Shown here piece after piece: positions 20,164 to 30,328 of a stretch of DNA of 64,000 nucleotides. The notes beneath the pieces were generated by a model. The model saw only the letters and a program-made list of their open reading frames with translations, was not told the origin of the DNA and made no database searches. The translations under genes were made by a program, and so were the position numbers. This DNA is from Oscillospiraceae bacterium (GTDB lineage Bacteria > Bacillota > Clostridia > Oscillospirales > Ruminococcaceae), in contig CAAGBS010000024.1 in NCBI GenBank assembly GCA_900768125.1, positions 8,650-72,649 on the forward strand. Reading direction: 5' to 3'. Position 1 is the stretch's first letter. Every line of letters starts with the position of its first letter.

Positions 20164-20928
20164 TCAGGACTTCAGCTTCTTGCGCTCCTTGGCGATCTGA
20201 TGCTTCTCAAATGCGGTGTATGCTGCGACAATGATCGCGATAAGCGCAGCGATAACGCCGATGAAGATGAAGATCAGTGCAGTAGGCTCAAGGTTGGAGA
20301 ATCTGTACAGCAGCTCGGTATAGATCGAGTAGATGAATACATAAACCTGCTGGAACAGGGAAACCAGAAGTACCAGAAGAATAAGGATTACTACCATTGC
20401 AAGAATGGTGATAAGCATGAACAGCAGGGTCTTGGGGATCGAATACTGATGAACTGTCTTCATGCCGGAGATCAGCAGGACTACAGACCAGAGTATGGTC
20501 ACATAGGAAACGAATGTGATGAATGCAGACTCAGTTCTGAGCAGGCAGTTGGACAGGATTATGTTGATGACCTGACCAATGATATAAGGAACGAGAGCAT
20601 ACGCGGTGTTAACGCAGATGTTCTTCATCGTGCCCTCACCGTCGAACAGTGTGCAGAGGGACCAGTTGCCTATTACCCAAGTGAAGAATATTACGATCGT
20701 GCGAATGATTATCGGAACGATGTTGAAGATCTTTACCGCTGAGGTGTTGAACAGGAAGCCCGTCATAAGCTCGCTGCACACGCTGACGATAAACAGCAGC
20801 GCAACGATAACAAGAGCGACTTTCATGTTGTAGGCTTTCTTCCAGCGAAGATCCTCAAAGCCCTCGAACGGATGACGCATGATGTAGAACGGCCATTTCC
20901 ATGCCGGCATATCAAGATTGAATCTCAT
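20164..20928 (-). CDS. YIP1 family membrane protein
   Basis: HPFEGF, NWSLCTLFDGEG, AYALVP; multiple TM. Confidence 0.8.
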   Translation of the reverse strand: MRFNLDMPAWKWPFYIMRHPFEGFEDLRWKKAYNMKVALVIVALLFIVSVCSELMTGFLFNTSAVKIFNIVPIIIRTIVIFFTWVIGNWSLCTLFDGEGTMKNICVNTAYALVPYIIGQVINIILSNCLLRTESAFITFVSYVTILWSVVLLISGMKTVHQYSIPKTLLFMLITILAMVVILILLVLLVSLFQQVYVFIYSIYTELLYRFSNLEPTALIFIFIGVIAALIAIIVAAYTAFEKHQIAKERKKLKS

Positions 20929-20931
20929 AGA

Positions 20932-22605
20932 TCAGACGTCCTCCTTTCCTTTATTCCGTTCCTTGAACAAACGATCCTGTTCTGCACGCTTCTTTGCGCG
21001 GACCTTGTTTCTCCAGGAGGAGAATACATAGATGCCGACCAGCAGCACCAGAATGATCACTGCGAAGAGTGTGAAGTTATCTCTGATGAAGTTCATACGC
21101 CAACTCTTGAACGCATCGTTGTAGCCGGACTTGGAGTTGTAGTAGAAGTACTTCATCGCGGTGTCGTAGTCGCCCTCGTTCAGGTAAGCGTTACCGAGAC
21201 CGATGTAAGCCAGCCAGTAGTTGCTGTCGCGGCGGAGCGCTTCCTCCCACGGCTGTCTTGCTTCCTCGTACTTGCCTTTGTTGAACAGTGCGATAGCGTT
21301 GTGGACGATAGAACCGAACTCAGTCTGCTTGAATACTGTGATGGAGCACTTACGTCCATCGAGTACATAAACGTTGTTGCCGCGGCTCTCGACTGCGTTA
21401 ACGATGTTGAACGTACCCTTCTGCTGACCAATGCCGCCGAAGATAAACAGCAGCTGGCACTCGTCGTCGTACTGGAACACGCGTCCGGTCTTCAGGTCGA
21501 GCAGGTTTATCGTTCCGTCATCGGAAACGTCGATATCGGTTATCTGCGAGGAGTAGGTCTGACCTCTGTAGTACTTGGTCAGCGCGTCGCCGAATGTGTA
21601 GTCAGAATAGCCAAGATTTGTGAAAATATTGGTACCTGCGGAGTTCAACTTCTTTAAGATATCTGTATCCGCGGACTTGGATTCGGTAACGGTGTAAATA
21701 AAGTTATCTGTGTCGATATCGAAGTTGGAGATCTCGACAGGAACGCTTCTTCTCATCTTCTTCGCCTGTTCACGGCTGAATATGAGCTTCCAGAACGCGT
21801 TCATCAGCACCTCGCCGGTAGCCTCAACTCGGTTCGCACCGAAGTATCCGTTGAAGTCGCCCTCCTTGGAGAATACGACTGCGCCCTTGGTTATCGACTT
21901 AATGCAGACATATACGTTCTTAGCCGCGTCAACGAGCACCTTGCTGGGGTTGAACGTTACGGAAGAATCGTACATAGAAGCATCAGGTCTTGTGTAAACC
22001 ACCTTTACCTTGCCAACTGACTTTTTCTGACTGTCATTGCCGATTTCATCGACTGTGAAAGCAACAACGCGGTCGTTGGAGTTATCTGCAACGTAGATCG
22101 TGGACACATCTTCATCAACGTCAACGTAAACGCCGGTGGGTCCGTTGAAGTAGGTGTTGGTGATCTTATTGTAATCCGCCTGGCTTATCGCGCCGGAATT
22201 CAGTTCGCTCTGCTTGTAGTCGAGCCAGTCCTGCACGCCGGAAAAATCCAGGGATTCGATAGTGTACTTGAGCTGGAAGTTTTCATCGGTCGCGATTATT
22301 CTTCCCTTTGCCGACTCAGATACTCCCTCTATCTTATAAGCGGAATCCGCAAGAAACAGGTCGCCTGTGTCAGAGAAGAACATATCGCTCGGCTCGGAGA
22401 GATTGCCAACACCGATGTCCGCACCGGTGATAACCTTATCTACAACGTAGCCGTTCTGAGAGGGAACCGGATCGCCCCACCAGTCGTAGTTGTATCCGTC
22501 ATATGGCTCATCTGCATATGCAACGCTTGTCATGAGCGTAACCGCAGCCATAGCCGCAGCCGTCACACGCGAAGCAATGCGCTTGATTGATGGCACTAAA
22601 ATCAT
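20932..22605 (-). CDS. NHL-repeat beta-propeller plus TPR protein with C-terminal membrane anchor
   Basis: Signal peptide; PSDMF..LFLAD, PTGVY..IYVADNSNDRV; TPR-like AYIGLGNAYLNEGDYDTAMKYF; C-terminal TM. Confidence 0.8.
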   Translation of the reverse strand: MILVPSIKRIASRVTAAAMAAVTLMTSVAYADEPYDGYNYDWWGDPVPSQNGYVVDKVITGADIGVGNLSEPSDMFFSDTGDLFLADSAYKIEGVSESAKGRIIATDENFQLKYTIESLDFSGVQDWLDYKQSELNSGAISQADYNKITNTYFNGPTGVYVDVDEDVSTIYVADNSNDRVVAFTVDEIGNDSQKKSVGKVKVVYTRPDASMYDSSVTFNPSKVLVDAAKNVYVCIKSITKGAVVFSKEGDFNGYFGANRVEATGEVLMNAFWKLIFSREQAKKMRRSVPVEISNFDIDTDNFIYTVTESKSADTDILKKLNSAGTNIFTNLGYSDYTFGDALTKYYRGQTYSSQITDIDVSDDGTINLLDLKTGRVFQYDDECQLLFIFGGIGQQKGTFNIVNAVESRGNNVYVLDGRKCSITVFKQTEFGSIVHNAIALFNKGKYEEARQPWEEALRRDSNYWLAYIGLGNAYLNEGDYDTAMKYFYYNSKSGYNDAFKSWRMNFIRDNFTLFAVIILVLLVGIYVFSSWRNKVRAKKRAEQDRLFKERNKGKEDV

Positions 22606-22641
22606 CCTTTCGTAAATAGAATCGCTGTTCTGTACAGCAGG

Positions 22642-23502
22642 TCAATCCTTCAGACCGGAGTGAGCCATCGTTTCAACGACGTTACTCTGGAGAATGAGGA
22701 AGAGTATCATAGGTGGCAGCATCAGTACAACAACTGTCGCTGACGATACGCCCTGTCGTGCAATACCTGCCGCTGCGATCTGCTGCATTACGATAGGAAT
22801 AGGCTTGAGCTGTTCGGAATAAACGAACAGATAGCCGGTTATCTGCCAAGCGCCCTGGAACGCGAAGATCATCAGGGTGAGCCATGCAGGCTTTACGTTC
22901 GGCATTACGATCTGCCAGCAAACTCTGAGGTGGCTCGCACCGTCCAGCTTTGCCGCTTCGATCATGCTTTCGGGTATCTGACCCATGAACTGCTTCATAA
23001 GGAACAGACCCATAGGAGTTGCTATGTACGGGAGCATGATAGCCCAGTATGTATCGATCATGCCCATACCAGCCATAACGATGTACTGTACGATGTAGGT
23101 TACAGAAGAAGTGAACAGAAGCGCGATCTCGATGACCTTGTTCATCGCCTTTACGCCGGGAGCCTTAACCTTGGACAGCACATACGCTGCGGAAGAGGAA
23201 AGGAACAGCTGGGCAACTGTAACGACTATGGAAACAAATATTGAGTTGAAAACGTATCTAGAGAACGGTACATCGAGAGAGCCTGCCACCTTCAGCATGT
23301 CTTCGAAGTTCTGTGACGTGGGACGCTGAACGTAGAGCTTAGGCGGGAACACGAACAGTTCCTCGACAGGCTTGATGGACTGAATTACCGACAGGTAAAT
23401 CGGGAAGAGCATGAACAGACCGATAAGCACGAGCAGAATAAAGATCGCGATATCGCCGCCGCGGGATCCTCCCCACTTTTTTCTTTTCTTAATAATGCGC
23501 AT
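22642..23502 (-). CDS. Carbohydrate ABC permease (MalG-like)
   Basis: MIEAAKLDGA EAA motif. Confidence 0.9.
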   Translation of the reverse strand: MRIIKKRKKWGGSRGGDIAIFILLVLIGLFMLFPIYLSVIQSIKPVEELFVFPPKLYVQRPTSQNFEDMLKVAGSLDVPFSRYVFNSIFVSIVVTVAQLFLSSSAAYVLSKVKAPGVKAMNKVIEIALLFTSSVTYIVQYIVMAGMGMIDTYWAIMLPYIATPMGLFLMKQFMGQIPESMIEAAKLDGASHLRVCWQIVMPNVKPAWLTLMIFAFQGAWQITGYLFVYSEQLKPIPIVMQQIAAAGIARQGVSSATVVVLMLPPMILFLILQSNVVETMAHSGLKD

Positions 23503-23514
23503 CTTCCGTCCTCC

Positions 23515-24453
23515 TTAAGTATCGAGTATTCCTGCCATCGCCTTGCGGATAACGTTGTTGACGATTATCATTACGATGAACAGCAGGAAGCAGATAGCGC
23601 AGGCGTAACCCATTTCGTAGCGGACTGAACCGTAGTCGAAAGCGTGGGTCATGATCGTGTGCGCTGCGTAGTCAGTAGACGGGAATGCGGTCAGGAATCT
23701 GCCGATATCACCAGCGGTGAAAGAAGATGTGATCTGCATTACTGCCGCGAACAGAAGCTGCGGACCCATAGCCGGGATAGTAATGTAAAGCAGTTCCTGG
23801 AAGCGGTTCTTGATACCCTCGATTGCGCCCGCCTCATAGCCGGACTTGTCGATACCCTGGAAGCCTGCACGCAGTGAAAGGAAGCCAGCGCCAAGGGACA
23901 TCCACATCTGCACGATGATTACGCACATCAGAATGTATCTTGCATCGGTCAGCCACTGCTGAGGACCATTGATAAGACCAAGGCTGATAAGAACAGAGTT
24001 CAGGAAGCCGTAGGTATCGCCGGAGAAGATGAGCTGCCATGTTGCGTAGATGTTGCCGGCAAGGGTCGGAGCGTAGAATATGTATGTGAATACAGTTTTC
24101 AGCGGACCGGGCATCTCATTGATGAGCCATGCCAGCAGGAAGCACGCGATGTAGCTGACAGGACCGGTGATAATAGCAAATACTAGCGTATTCTGGATTG
24201 CAATAAGGAAAACGTCGTCCTGAAGGAACAGAGTATAGAAGTTGCTGAGTCCTACCCACTGCGGGAACTGAACCATGTTGAAGTTCGTGAAGCCTACAGG
24301 GAGGGAGATAACGACCGGTATACCTGTGAATATCAGGAACAAAAGGAAGTACGGGAGAGCGAGTATGTACGCGCTGCCGTTCTTCTTCATCTCACGCATC
24401 GTATAGCGGAACTTACTGTCCTCGATATACTGCGATTTCTCTTTACCGAACAA
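23515..24453 (-). CDS. Carbohydrate ABC permease (MalF-like)
   Basis: VGLSNF, YEAGAIEG, MGYACA. Confidence 0.9.
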   Translation of the reverse strand: MFGKEKSQYIEDSKFRYTMREMKKNGSAYILALPYFLLFLIFTGIPVVISLPVGFTNFNMVQFPQWVGLSNFYTLFLQDDVFLIAIQNTLVFAIITGPVSYIACFLLAWLINEMPGPLKTVFTYIFYAPTLAGNIYATWQLIFSGDTYGFLNSVLISLGLINGPQQWLTDARYILMCVIIVQMWMSLGAGFLSLRAGFQGIDKSGYEAGAIEGIKNRFQELLYITIPAMGPQLLFAAVMQITSSFTAGDIGRFLTAFPSTDYAAHTIMTHAFDYGSVRYEMGYACAICFLLFIVMIIVNNVIRKAMAGILDT

Positions 24454-24483
24454 GCTGATTCCTCCTATTTTTCTTATGGTACG

Positions 24484-24514
24484 GTATCCCTCCCGCTTTC
24501 GCGGGAAGGGTATT
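24484..24514 (-). other. Intergenic GAAA-tetraloop stem-loop after the SBP gene (probable mRNA stabiliser)
   Basis: CCCTTCCCGC-GAAA-GCGGGAGGG on the minus strand, no U tract. Confidence 0.55.
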
Positions 24515-24518
24515 GACC

Positions 24519-27515
24519 TTAACCATTGTAGTAGCCGAGATCCTTCAGCTTTCTTACGATCTCAGAGTTGATGTCTCTGTTGTAGGAGCTGAGCTGGTAT
24601 CTGGGGTTCTTCTGGTTGTTTACTACCGCTCTGAATGCGTTGTAAACATTTCGTGTAACTGCGTAGGAAGCCGGAATGATCGGAACCTCTCTCAGGTTGT
24701 TCATCTGGTCGCTGATTTTTGCATACTCAGATGTAGACCAGTTGAGTCTGGACAGTGCCTCAACGTTCGCAGTGTCGTAACGTCCCATCGGACCCATGAT
24801 AGCCTCGATGGTCTTACCGTACTCTACCTGAACCTCAGTGGTCGTGAACCAGTCTATGAAGTTCCAAGCTGCGCCTACGTCCTTGCAGCTTGTGAAGATA
24901 ACTGCACCGGAGGAACCGGAGTTTGCCGTGTAGTTGATCTTGTAGTTGCCATTTTCGTCCTTGATCTTGTTGCCGTTCTCATCAGTCATATAGGAGCCGG
25001 GAACGTGTGCAAATGACCAAAGACCCTTGATCTCAGGAGCCGCAACGCTCAGCTGGTTGTAGAACGCGTAGTTCTGGAGCAGCATGGGCATCTCACCGGT
25101 TCTGAAACGTGTGAATGCGTCGTAAGTCTGGTCGAAGTCATATACGGTGTAGAACTTTGTCCACTTTGTGAATGCTTCAACAGCAGCCTCAGTGTCGAAT
25201 GTTGTCGAGAGATACTGACCGCTCGTCTCATCATAGTTGTAGAAGTCCTGACCGGTCTGGAGCATCAGCAGCACGAAAGTGTTACCTGCGTCGAATACCT
25301 GGGAGGAGATGTTGGACGGAAGTATCAGACCAACCTCGAGGTACTTTCTCTGGAGGTCGGGGAGCATGTTGATGAGGTCGTCCCATGTTGCGGGAGGCTC
25401 TGTGTAACCAAGCTCTTCAAGAACGTCGGTGCGGTAGAACAGCATCGGGAAGTTCTCGGTGAGCGGCAGACCGTAAACACCGCCGTTGAACTCATAGAGA
25501 GTTGTTACATCAGGTGTGAATCTGCTTACGATGGAATCGTAGCCGGGCTGCTCCTTGAGGTTTATGAGAAGTCCTCTGGACGCGCAGACTACAGGGAAGT
25601 CGCCGCCGATGAACAGTGCGACTTCAGGACCCTTGCCTGCGAGTGTAGCCTCAAGAACGGCACCCTGAACCAGCGAAATGTTTACCTTGGTATCGCTGTT
25701 GGGGTTATACTCGGAGCTTACCAGCTCGTTAACAACGGTAGCCTGGTCACGGCCGAGGGAAACCCATACATTCAGAGTCTTCTCAACGCCGGTGGAGTCG
25801 GAAACGGAGGTGTAGTCCTCAAAGAAGGAGCCGATGAACGCCTGGAATCCGAATGCGAGAGCGGAGAAGAAGTTTGTAGAACTGTCGCGGAAGTTATCGT
25901 GAACAGTCTTTACTTCGATGTAGTCAATTTCAAGAGGCTGGTCGCGGTAGTCTCTCATCCACGCGGATACAGCGGAGATCTGATCCTTGATGGAAGAAAG
26001 CATCTGCGGGAGATCCTCAGGGTGATCGACCGCCATCTGGAGAATTACCGCCATAGTCTGCAGCGTGGAAGCCTCAGAGCCCTGACCGGTCAGCGACTCG
26101 ATGCCTGCCTTCTCTTTATAAAGGGTGTCGATCGCAGTCTGGAGGAAGTCGAACAGTCCGTCGATCTGGTCCTCGAGGTAATAGTCGTTGTACTCATCAG
26201 GCGAAGGACCTGTGATCATGAGTATACGTCTATAATAGTAGTTCATCTGGAAGATGAGGTCGTCAAGACGCTCCATAACCGGACCGATATCGCCCGGTAT
26301 AGCTTCAAGCGCAATCTCGTTGGTGCCCTTGTGGAGCGGAACGTAGATCAGGTTGCCGTCGCCGTCCTTGAGTTCAACAGTCTGCCAGTTGGGGTTGTAC
26401 TGGATCTTGATATCGTCAAGTTCCTCGCAGAGAACTTCGCCGTTGATGTAGACGCGGCGGTTGGAGAAGAATCCGCGCATCGTGCTCTGACGGCATCTTA
26501 TCTGCATCTTGTAGTATCCGTCCTCGGGGACCTCGACCTGCCAAGCTATGGTCTGGGTAGCCTGATCCCAGGTATCAGCGCCGACTGTGTTGTAGCGCTT
26601 GTTTACCGGGTGCGACGGGCTTACGGAATAATCGGTTCTGTCATATGTAGGATACAGTGTGGACGAGGTAGTGTAATAAGTGTTTTCTGCCTCGATGTGA
26701 CCGATATCCTCATTGCTGCCGAATGCAGGCGTTGCCTCGATCTCAGCCTCGCTGGGTGCGATCTCAGCGTAGCTGGGCAGCTCTTCAGTGTTATAGAAGC
26801 GCATGCTCTTCAGATAGAAGTTTGTCTTTACGCCTGTGAGGGAGATCTCATGCTCGCCCTCGGAAAGGTAGAAGAAGTAAGGAGTGTTGATAAGACCGTC
26901 CTTATCCTTGATCGGATATGTTACCCAGGTGTTATACTCTACCTGGGGAGGGCGCTTCTGGTTCTTCTTGCGTGCGTCCCAGCCGATCTGGGTCTCGTTC
27001 TGCCAGTAGCGGTCAAGCTCGACCAGCTTAACCTCATCGAAAGGATACTCGCCGTCTATCTTCATCTCGACCTCGATGGTGGTGTTGGTCGCGGTGATGG
27101 GGTGATAGAACATCTCAAGGTTATAAAGTCCGGCGGTCTTTACGTCAAACTTCCAGGTGAGAGTGCCTTCGCAATCCACCCATGCAACGCACTTCTTTTC
27201 GCCCTCGTAGTCCTCAAGCTGTACATCAATATCATCGCTCTGTTCGAACTTGGTGACATCGATATCGACTTCTTCCATCGGCTTTATAGCGTCAGGATAC
27301 CTTGCTATGTACTTTCTGTACGCGTTTTTGTTGCTGACGATGCTCAGGCTGTCTGCTTCAACGGTTGTCGAGGACGACGTGTCCTTTTCCTCCTCCGCAG
27401 CAGCGCCGGGCGCCAGCTGGACCTGTACGAGAGTCGCAGCCATTACAGCTGACATCAACAATGATGTGACTCTCTTCAGTCTGGCTTTTCGCTCATTTGC
27501 CACAGTGAAATCCAC
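24519..27515 (-). CDS. Large extracellular solute-binding protein (family 1) with N-terminal beta-sandwich/CBM-like domains
   Basis: C-terminal half: GPEVAL, YGLP, LFYRTDVLEELG, PATWDDL, FRTGEMPM; N-terminal half has two WxxxVxxxGxY motifs. Confidence 0.85.
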   Translation of the reverse strand: MDFTVANERKARLKRVTSLLMSAVMAATLVQVQLAPGAAAEEEKDTSSSTTVEADSLSIVSNKNAYRKYIARYPDAIKPMEEVDIDVTKFEQSDDIDVQLEDYEGEKKCVAWVDCEGTLTWKFDVKTAGLYNLEMFYHPITATNTTIEVEMKIDGEYPFDEVKLVELDRYWQNETQIGWDARKKNQKRPPQVEYNTWVTYPIKDKDGLINTPYFFYLSEGEHEISLTGVKTNFYLKSMRFYNTEELPSYAEIAPSEAEIEATPAFGSNEDIGHIEAENTYYTTSSTLYPTYDRTDYSVSPSHPVNKRYNTVGADTWDQATQTIAWQVEVPEDGYYKMQIRCRQSTMRGFFSNRRVYINGEVLCEELDDIKIQYNPNWQTVELKDGDGNLIYVPLHKGTNEIALEAIPGDIGPVMERLDDLIFQMNYYYRRILMITGPSPDEYNDYYLEDQIDGLFDFLQTAIDTLYKEKAGIESLTGQGSEASTLQTMAVILQMAVDHPEDLPQMLSSIKDQISAVSAWMRDYRDQPLEIDYIEVKTVHDNFRDSSTNFFSALAFGFQAFIGSFFEDYTSVSDSTGVEKTLNVWVSLGRDQATVVNELVSSEYNPNSDTKVNISLVQGAVLEATLAGKGPEVALFIGGDFPVVCASRGLLINLKEQPGYDSIVSRFTPDVTTLYEFNGGVYGLPLTENFPMLFYRTDVLEELGYTEPPATWDDLINMLPDLQRKYLEVGLILPSNISSQVFDAGNTFVLLMLQTGQDFYNYDETSGQYLSTTFDTEAAVEAFTKWTKFYTVYDFDQTYDAFTRFRTGEMPMLLQNYAFYNQLSVAAPEIKGLWSFAHVPGSYMTDENGNKIKDENGNYKINYTANSGSSGAVIFTSCKDVGAAWNFIDWFTTTEVQVEYGKTIEAIMGPMGRYDTANVEALSRLNWSTSEYAKISDQMNNLREVPIIPASYAVTRNVYNAFRAVVNNQKNPRYQLSSYNRDINSEIVRKLKDLGYYNG

Positions 27516-27560
27516 CTTTCCTAAATACTGCTTTGCAGCAAATCGGGTTCTCCCTCCCGA

Positions 27561-28493
27561 TCATTTACTTGCCTTGTCCGCATATCCGCGCGGGTAAATG
27601 GATATCTTTCCTTCCTCAAGCTCCAGGCGGACTTTATCTCCGCCTTTAAGCCCCAGTTCTTCAAGATATTCCTTGGGGATCTGAAGCCGCCCTGCCCTGT
27701 CGAGCACAGTCAGTTCCTCGTGGAGGGTTTCAGACTGTTCCTCATTCAGTTCGCCGAACGACTTTGCAATGCCGGGCTTCCGCACAAGCTCAGTCGATGT
27801 TTTGCCATCTCTTATCGCGACCACTCGGTCGATCTGTGCCGAAAGCTTAGTATCATGCGTGACGATTATTATCGTTACGCCCATTGCCCTGTTAAGTTCT
27901 CTGAACACATCCAGGATCAGCTTTGACGTTGCCGTATCGACTGAGCCTGTAGGTTCGTCTGCAAGAAGCAGCTTCGGGTTATTTGATAGCGCGATCGCTA
28001 TCGCAACTCTCTGTTGCTCGCCGCCGGACATTTGATCCAGCCGGCTGTTCTTGCGGTGCGAAAGTCCGACCATATCCAGCAGTTCATCAGCACGCTGGCT
28101 TCGCCCATTGAATCCCGAAAGGAGCATCGGCATTTCAACATTCTGCTTCGCTGTCAGGTACGGGATAAGGTTTCGTGCGTTGTTCTGCCACACAAACCCG
28201 ACCGTCTTCCGCTTATATTCTATGAAATCCTTCTCGTTGAATTTCAGCATATCCACACCGTCAACGTAAAGGCTGCCGGCTGACGGTCTGTCAAGTCCGC
28301 CGAGCATATTCAGAAGCGTAGATTTGCCGCTTCCGCTTGCTCCGACTATTCCCATCAGCTCCCCTCGCTCGACCGTAAGGTCAAGCCCCTGGAGCGCCAT
28401 TACTTCAACATCGCGGGATTTGTATATCTTCACGAGATTTTCTGCCTGCACCATGATGTTTTCAGGCGGAGCCAGAAGCACTTTTTTAGGCAT
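27561..28493 (-). CDS. LolD/MacB-type ABC ATPase with C-terminal AbrB/SpoVT-like domain
   Basis: GASGSGKST, MSGGEQQR, LADEPTG; tail LDRAGRLQIPKEYLEELGL; ATG 28493 follows GGAGGGAG. Confidence 0.88.
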   Translation of the reverse strand: MPKKVLLAPPENIMVQAENLVKIYKSRDVEVMALQGLDLTVERGELMGIVGASGSGKSTLLNMLGGLDRPSAGSLYVDGVDMLKFNEKDFIEYKRKTVGFVWQNNARNLIPYLTAKQNVEMPMLLSGFNGRSQRADELLDMVGLSHRKNSRLDQMSGGEQQRVAIAIALSNNPKLLLADEPTGSVDTATSKLILDVFRELNRAMGVTIIIVTHDTKLSAQIDRVVAIRDGKTSTELVRKPGIAKSFGELNEEQSETLHEELTVLDRAGRLQIPKEYLEELGLKGGDKVRLELEEGKISIYPRGYADKASK

Positions 28494-29199
28494 CTTCTCC
28501 CTCCTCAGGCCGATTCTGTTTAACATCAGAAATCACGCCGTCTTCCAGCGTGTAAACGATATCAGCCAAATCCATCATAGCGGTATCATGCGTAGTCATA
28601 ACGATGGTCAGATCATTCTGCCGAACCAGCTCTCTGAAAAGCTTCATGACTGCCATAGCAGTAGGCGAGTCAAGCTCTGCAGTCGGCTCATCTGCGAAAA
28701 TTATCTTCGGCGAATGCGAGATCGCTCTAGCAATAGCAACTCGCTGCTGTTCGCCTCCTGACATCTCGCCCGGCCGATGATCCATTCTCTTTTCAAGCCC
28801 TACCTGGATAAGACTCTGTCTTGCACGCTCAACGCGCTCTTTATACGGCAGTTTTGTCAATCTCAGAGCAAACTCGACATTTTCAAAAGCAGTCATTGTC
28901 GATATCAAGGCTACCGATTGAAAAACGAAAGCCATATCCACACGCCGCAGGCTGTCCCTTTCCTTGTCGGAAAGCTTGGTTATGTCCTTGTTCAGGAACA
29001 GCACCTCGCCCGAGGTCGGCCGATCAAGCGCTCCGAGAATGTTTATCAAAGTGGTTTTGCCTGAGCCGGAACGTCCACGGAGAACAGACAACCTGTTCGG
29101 CTGTATGCTCAGGTTGATTCCTTTGAGTGCATGCACAGTGCTTCCGTCCCCGATTGTGAAGTCCATACAGACATTCCGGGCTTCAATTATACTATTCAT
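28486..29199 (-). CDS. LolD/MacB-type ABC ATPase
   Basis: GRSGSGKTT, MSGGEQQR, FADEPTAELD. Confidence 0.92.
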   Translation of the reverse strand: MNSIIEARNVCMDFTIGDGSTVHALKGINLSIQPNRLSVLRGRSGSGKTTLINILGALDRPTSGEVLFLNKDITKLSDKERDSLRRVDMAFVFQSVALISTMTAFENVEFALRLTKLPYKERVERARQSLIQVGLEKRMDHRPGEMSGGEQQRVAIARAISHSPKIIFADEPTAELDSPTAMAVMKLFRELVRQNDLTIVMTTHDTAMMDLADIVYTLEDGVISDVKQNRPEEGEDA

Positions 29200-29275
29200 T
29201 TCAACCTCTCATGTCTGCGGAATCCTGACGGAATATACACCATTCCATAACACCGCCATCATATATACCGTTTTA

Positions 29276-29304
29276 ATTATATCAAATTTAACCGCTAATG
29301 TCAA
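29276..29304 (-). promoter_or_regulatory. SigA promoter of the 14-kb ABC operon
   Basis: TTGACA-17-TATAAT with TG extension. Confidence 0.8.
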
Positions 29305-29583
29305 TAACCCGCTCATTTTTTTAGTCAAAATCAATAAATAGACTGCAACAACCATTCCAAAGCAAAACCTTTAGTTTCAAAACTCTTCCATTCTACGTCT
29401 TGTGCTATTTATTTTCACTTTCCTCGATTAGCCACTATATATTGTGCCACTTTATTATTCTCAATTATCAACTTTACTTAATTTCCTTAAATATCTTCTC
29501 TTTTATCTGCTCTTCGTCAAAGTGTACGAAATCTTCTCCAAAAGTTTATTAAATCTGACAGTGAACTTATAAGCAGAACAAGT

Positions 29584-29613
29584 AAAAAAATCCCGCCCCT
29601 TTCGGAGCGGGAT
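29584..29613 (-). terminator. Terminator after the cohesin-like gene
   Basis: ATCCCGCTCC-GAAA-GGGGCGGGAT followed by a T tract. Confidence 0.85.
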
Positions 29614-29656
29614 CTCTTTAACATTTAGAAGCGAACTTCATTCAGTTGTTACTGAA

Positions 29657-30328
29657 TTACTTTCTCTTCTTAGCAACTACGATTGCAGCGCCAGCCAGAA
29701 CAGCAGGAACTACAGCCAGAGCTACGCCAGTACCAGGGTTGCCCTTGTTGTCGTCAGCAGGCTTGTTGGAGTTATCCTCAGTAGAAGCAACAGGCTCCTC
29801 AGTGGTAACTACACCAGGCTCCTCAGTAGTAACTACGGGCTCCTCAGTGGTAACTACAGGCTCCTCAGTAGTAACTACAGGCTCATCAGTATCAGCAGGA
29901 ACATCAGCAGATGCGCCAGCTACTACAACTACAGCTACGGGATCAGCAGAGATATCTGTGAAACCAGCATCAGGAGTCAGAGCAACGGAAACCTCTGCGT
30001 CAGCAGCAGCGTCAACAGTGTAGGTCAGGGTCAGGAGAACAGTGCCGTCAGCGGGAACTGCAGTGCCAGCCCAAGCGAACTTGTTGGTCTCTGCGTTGAA
30101 CAGACCACCAGCAACAGCCTCGTTAGCGGTGAGGGTCAGACCCTCAGAAGCCTTAACAGTGAAAGTAGTAGCATCCTGGGTCATGCCGTTAGCAACGACC
30201 TGAACAGTTACGGACTCGCCTGCAACAGGAGCGTCGGTACCGAATACAGGAGCGATAGCAGCGGAAGCAGCAACAGCTGTCAGGGACAGAACTGCAGCAG
30301 CAGCGCCGAGAGAAAGAATCTTCTTCAT
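29657..30328 (-). CDS. Sortase-anchored (NPGTG) protein with one cohesin-like domain
   Basis: Signal peptide; AGESVTVQV...KFAW...DGTVLLTLTYTV cohesin-like pattern; PVVTTEE repeats; NPGTG, TM, KKRK; ATG 30328 follows GGAGG. Confidence 0.75.
   Translation of the reverse strand: MKKILSLGAAAAVLSLTAVAASAAIAPVFGTDAPVAGESVTVQVVANGMTQDATTFTVKASEGLTLTANEAVAGGLFNAETNKFAWAGTAVPADGTVLLTLTYTVDAAADAEVSVALTPDAGFTDISADPVAVVVVAGASADVPADTDEPVVTTEEPVVTTEEPVVTTEEPGVVTTEEPVASTEDNSNKPADDNKGNPGTGVALAVVPAVLAGAAIVVAKKRK
29791..29884 (-). repeat. Coding tandem repeat, about 4 x 21 bp (PVVTTEE)
   Basis: GGCTCCTCAGTRGTAACTAC repeated. Confidence 0.85.

Noticed and set aside
29791..29884. Short tandem repeats here and at 34863-34906 as CRISPR or phase-variation tracts
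   Set aside because: In-frame 21- and 18-bp coding repeats forming linkers, with no unique spacers.
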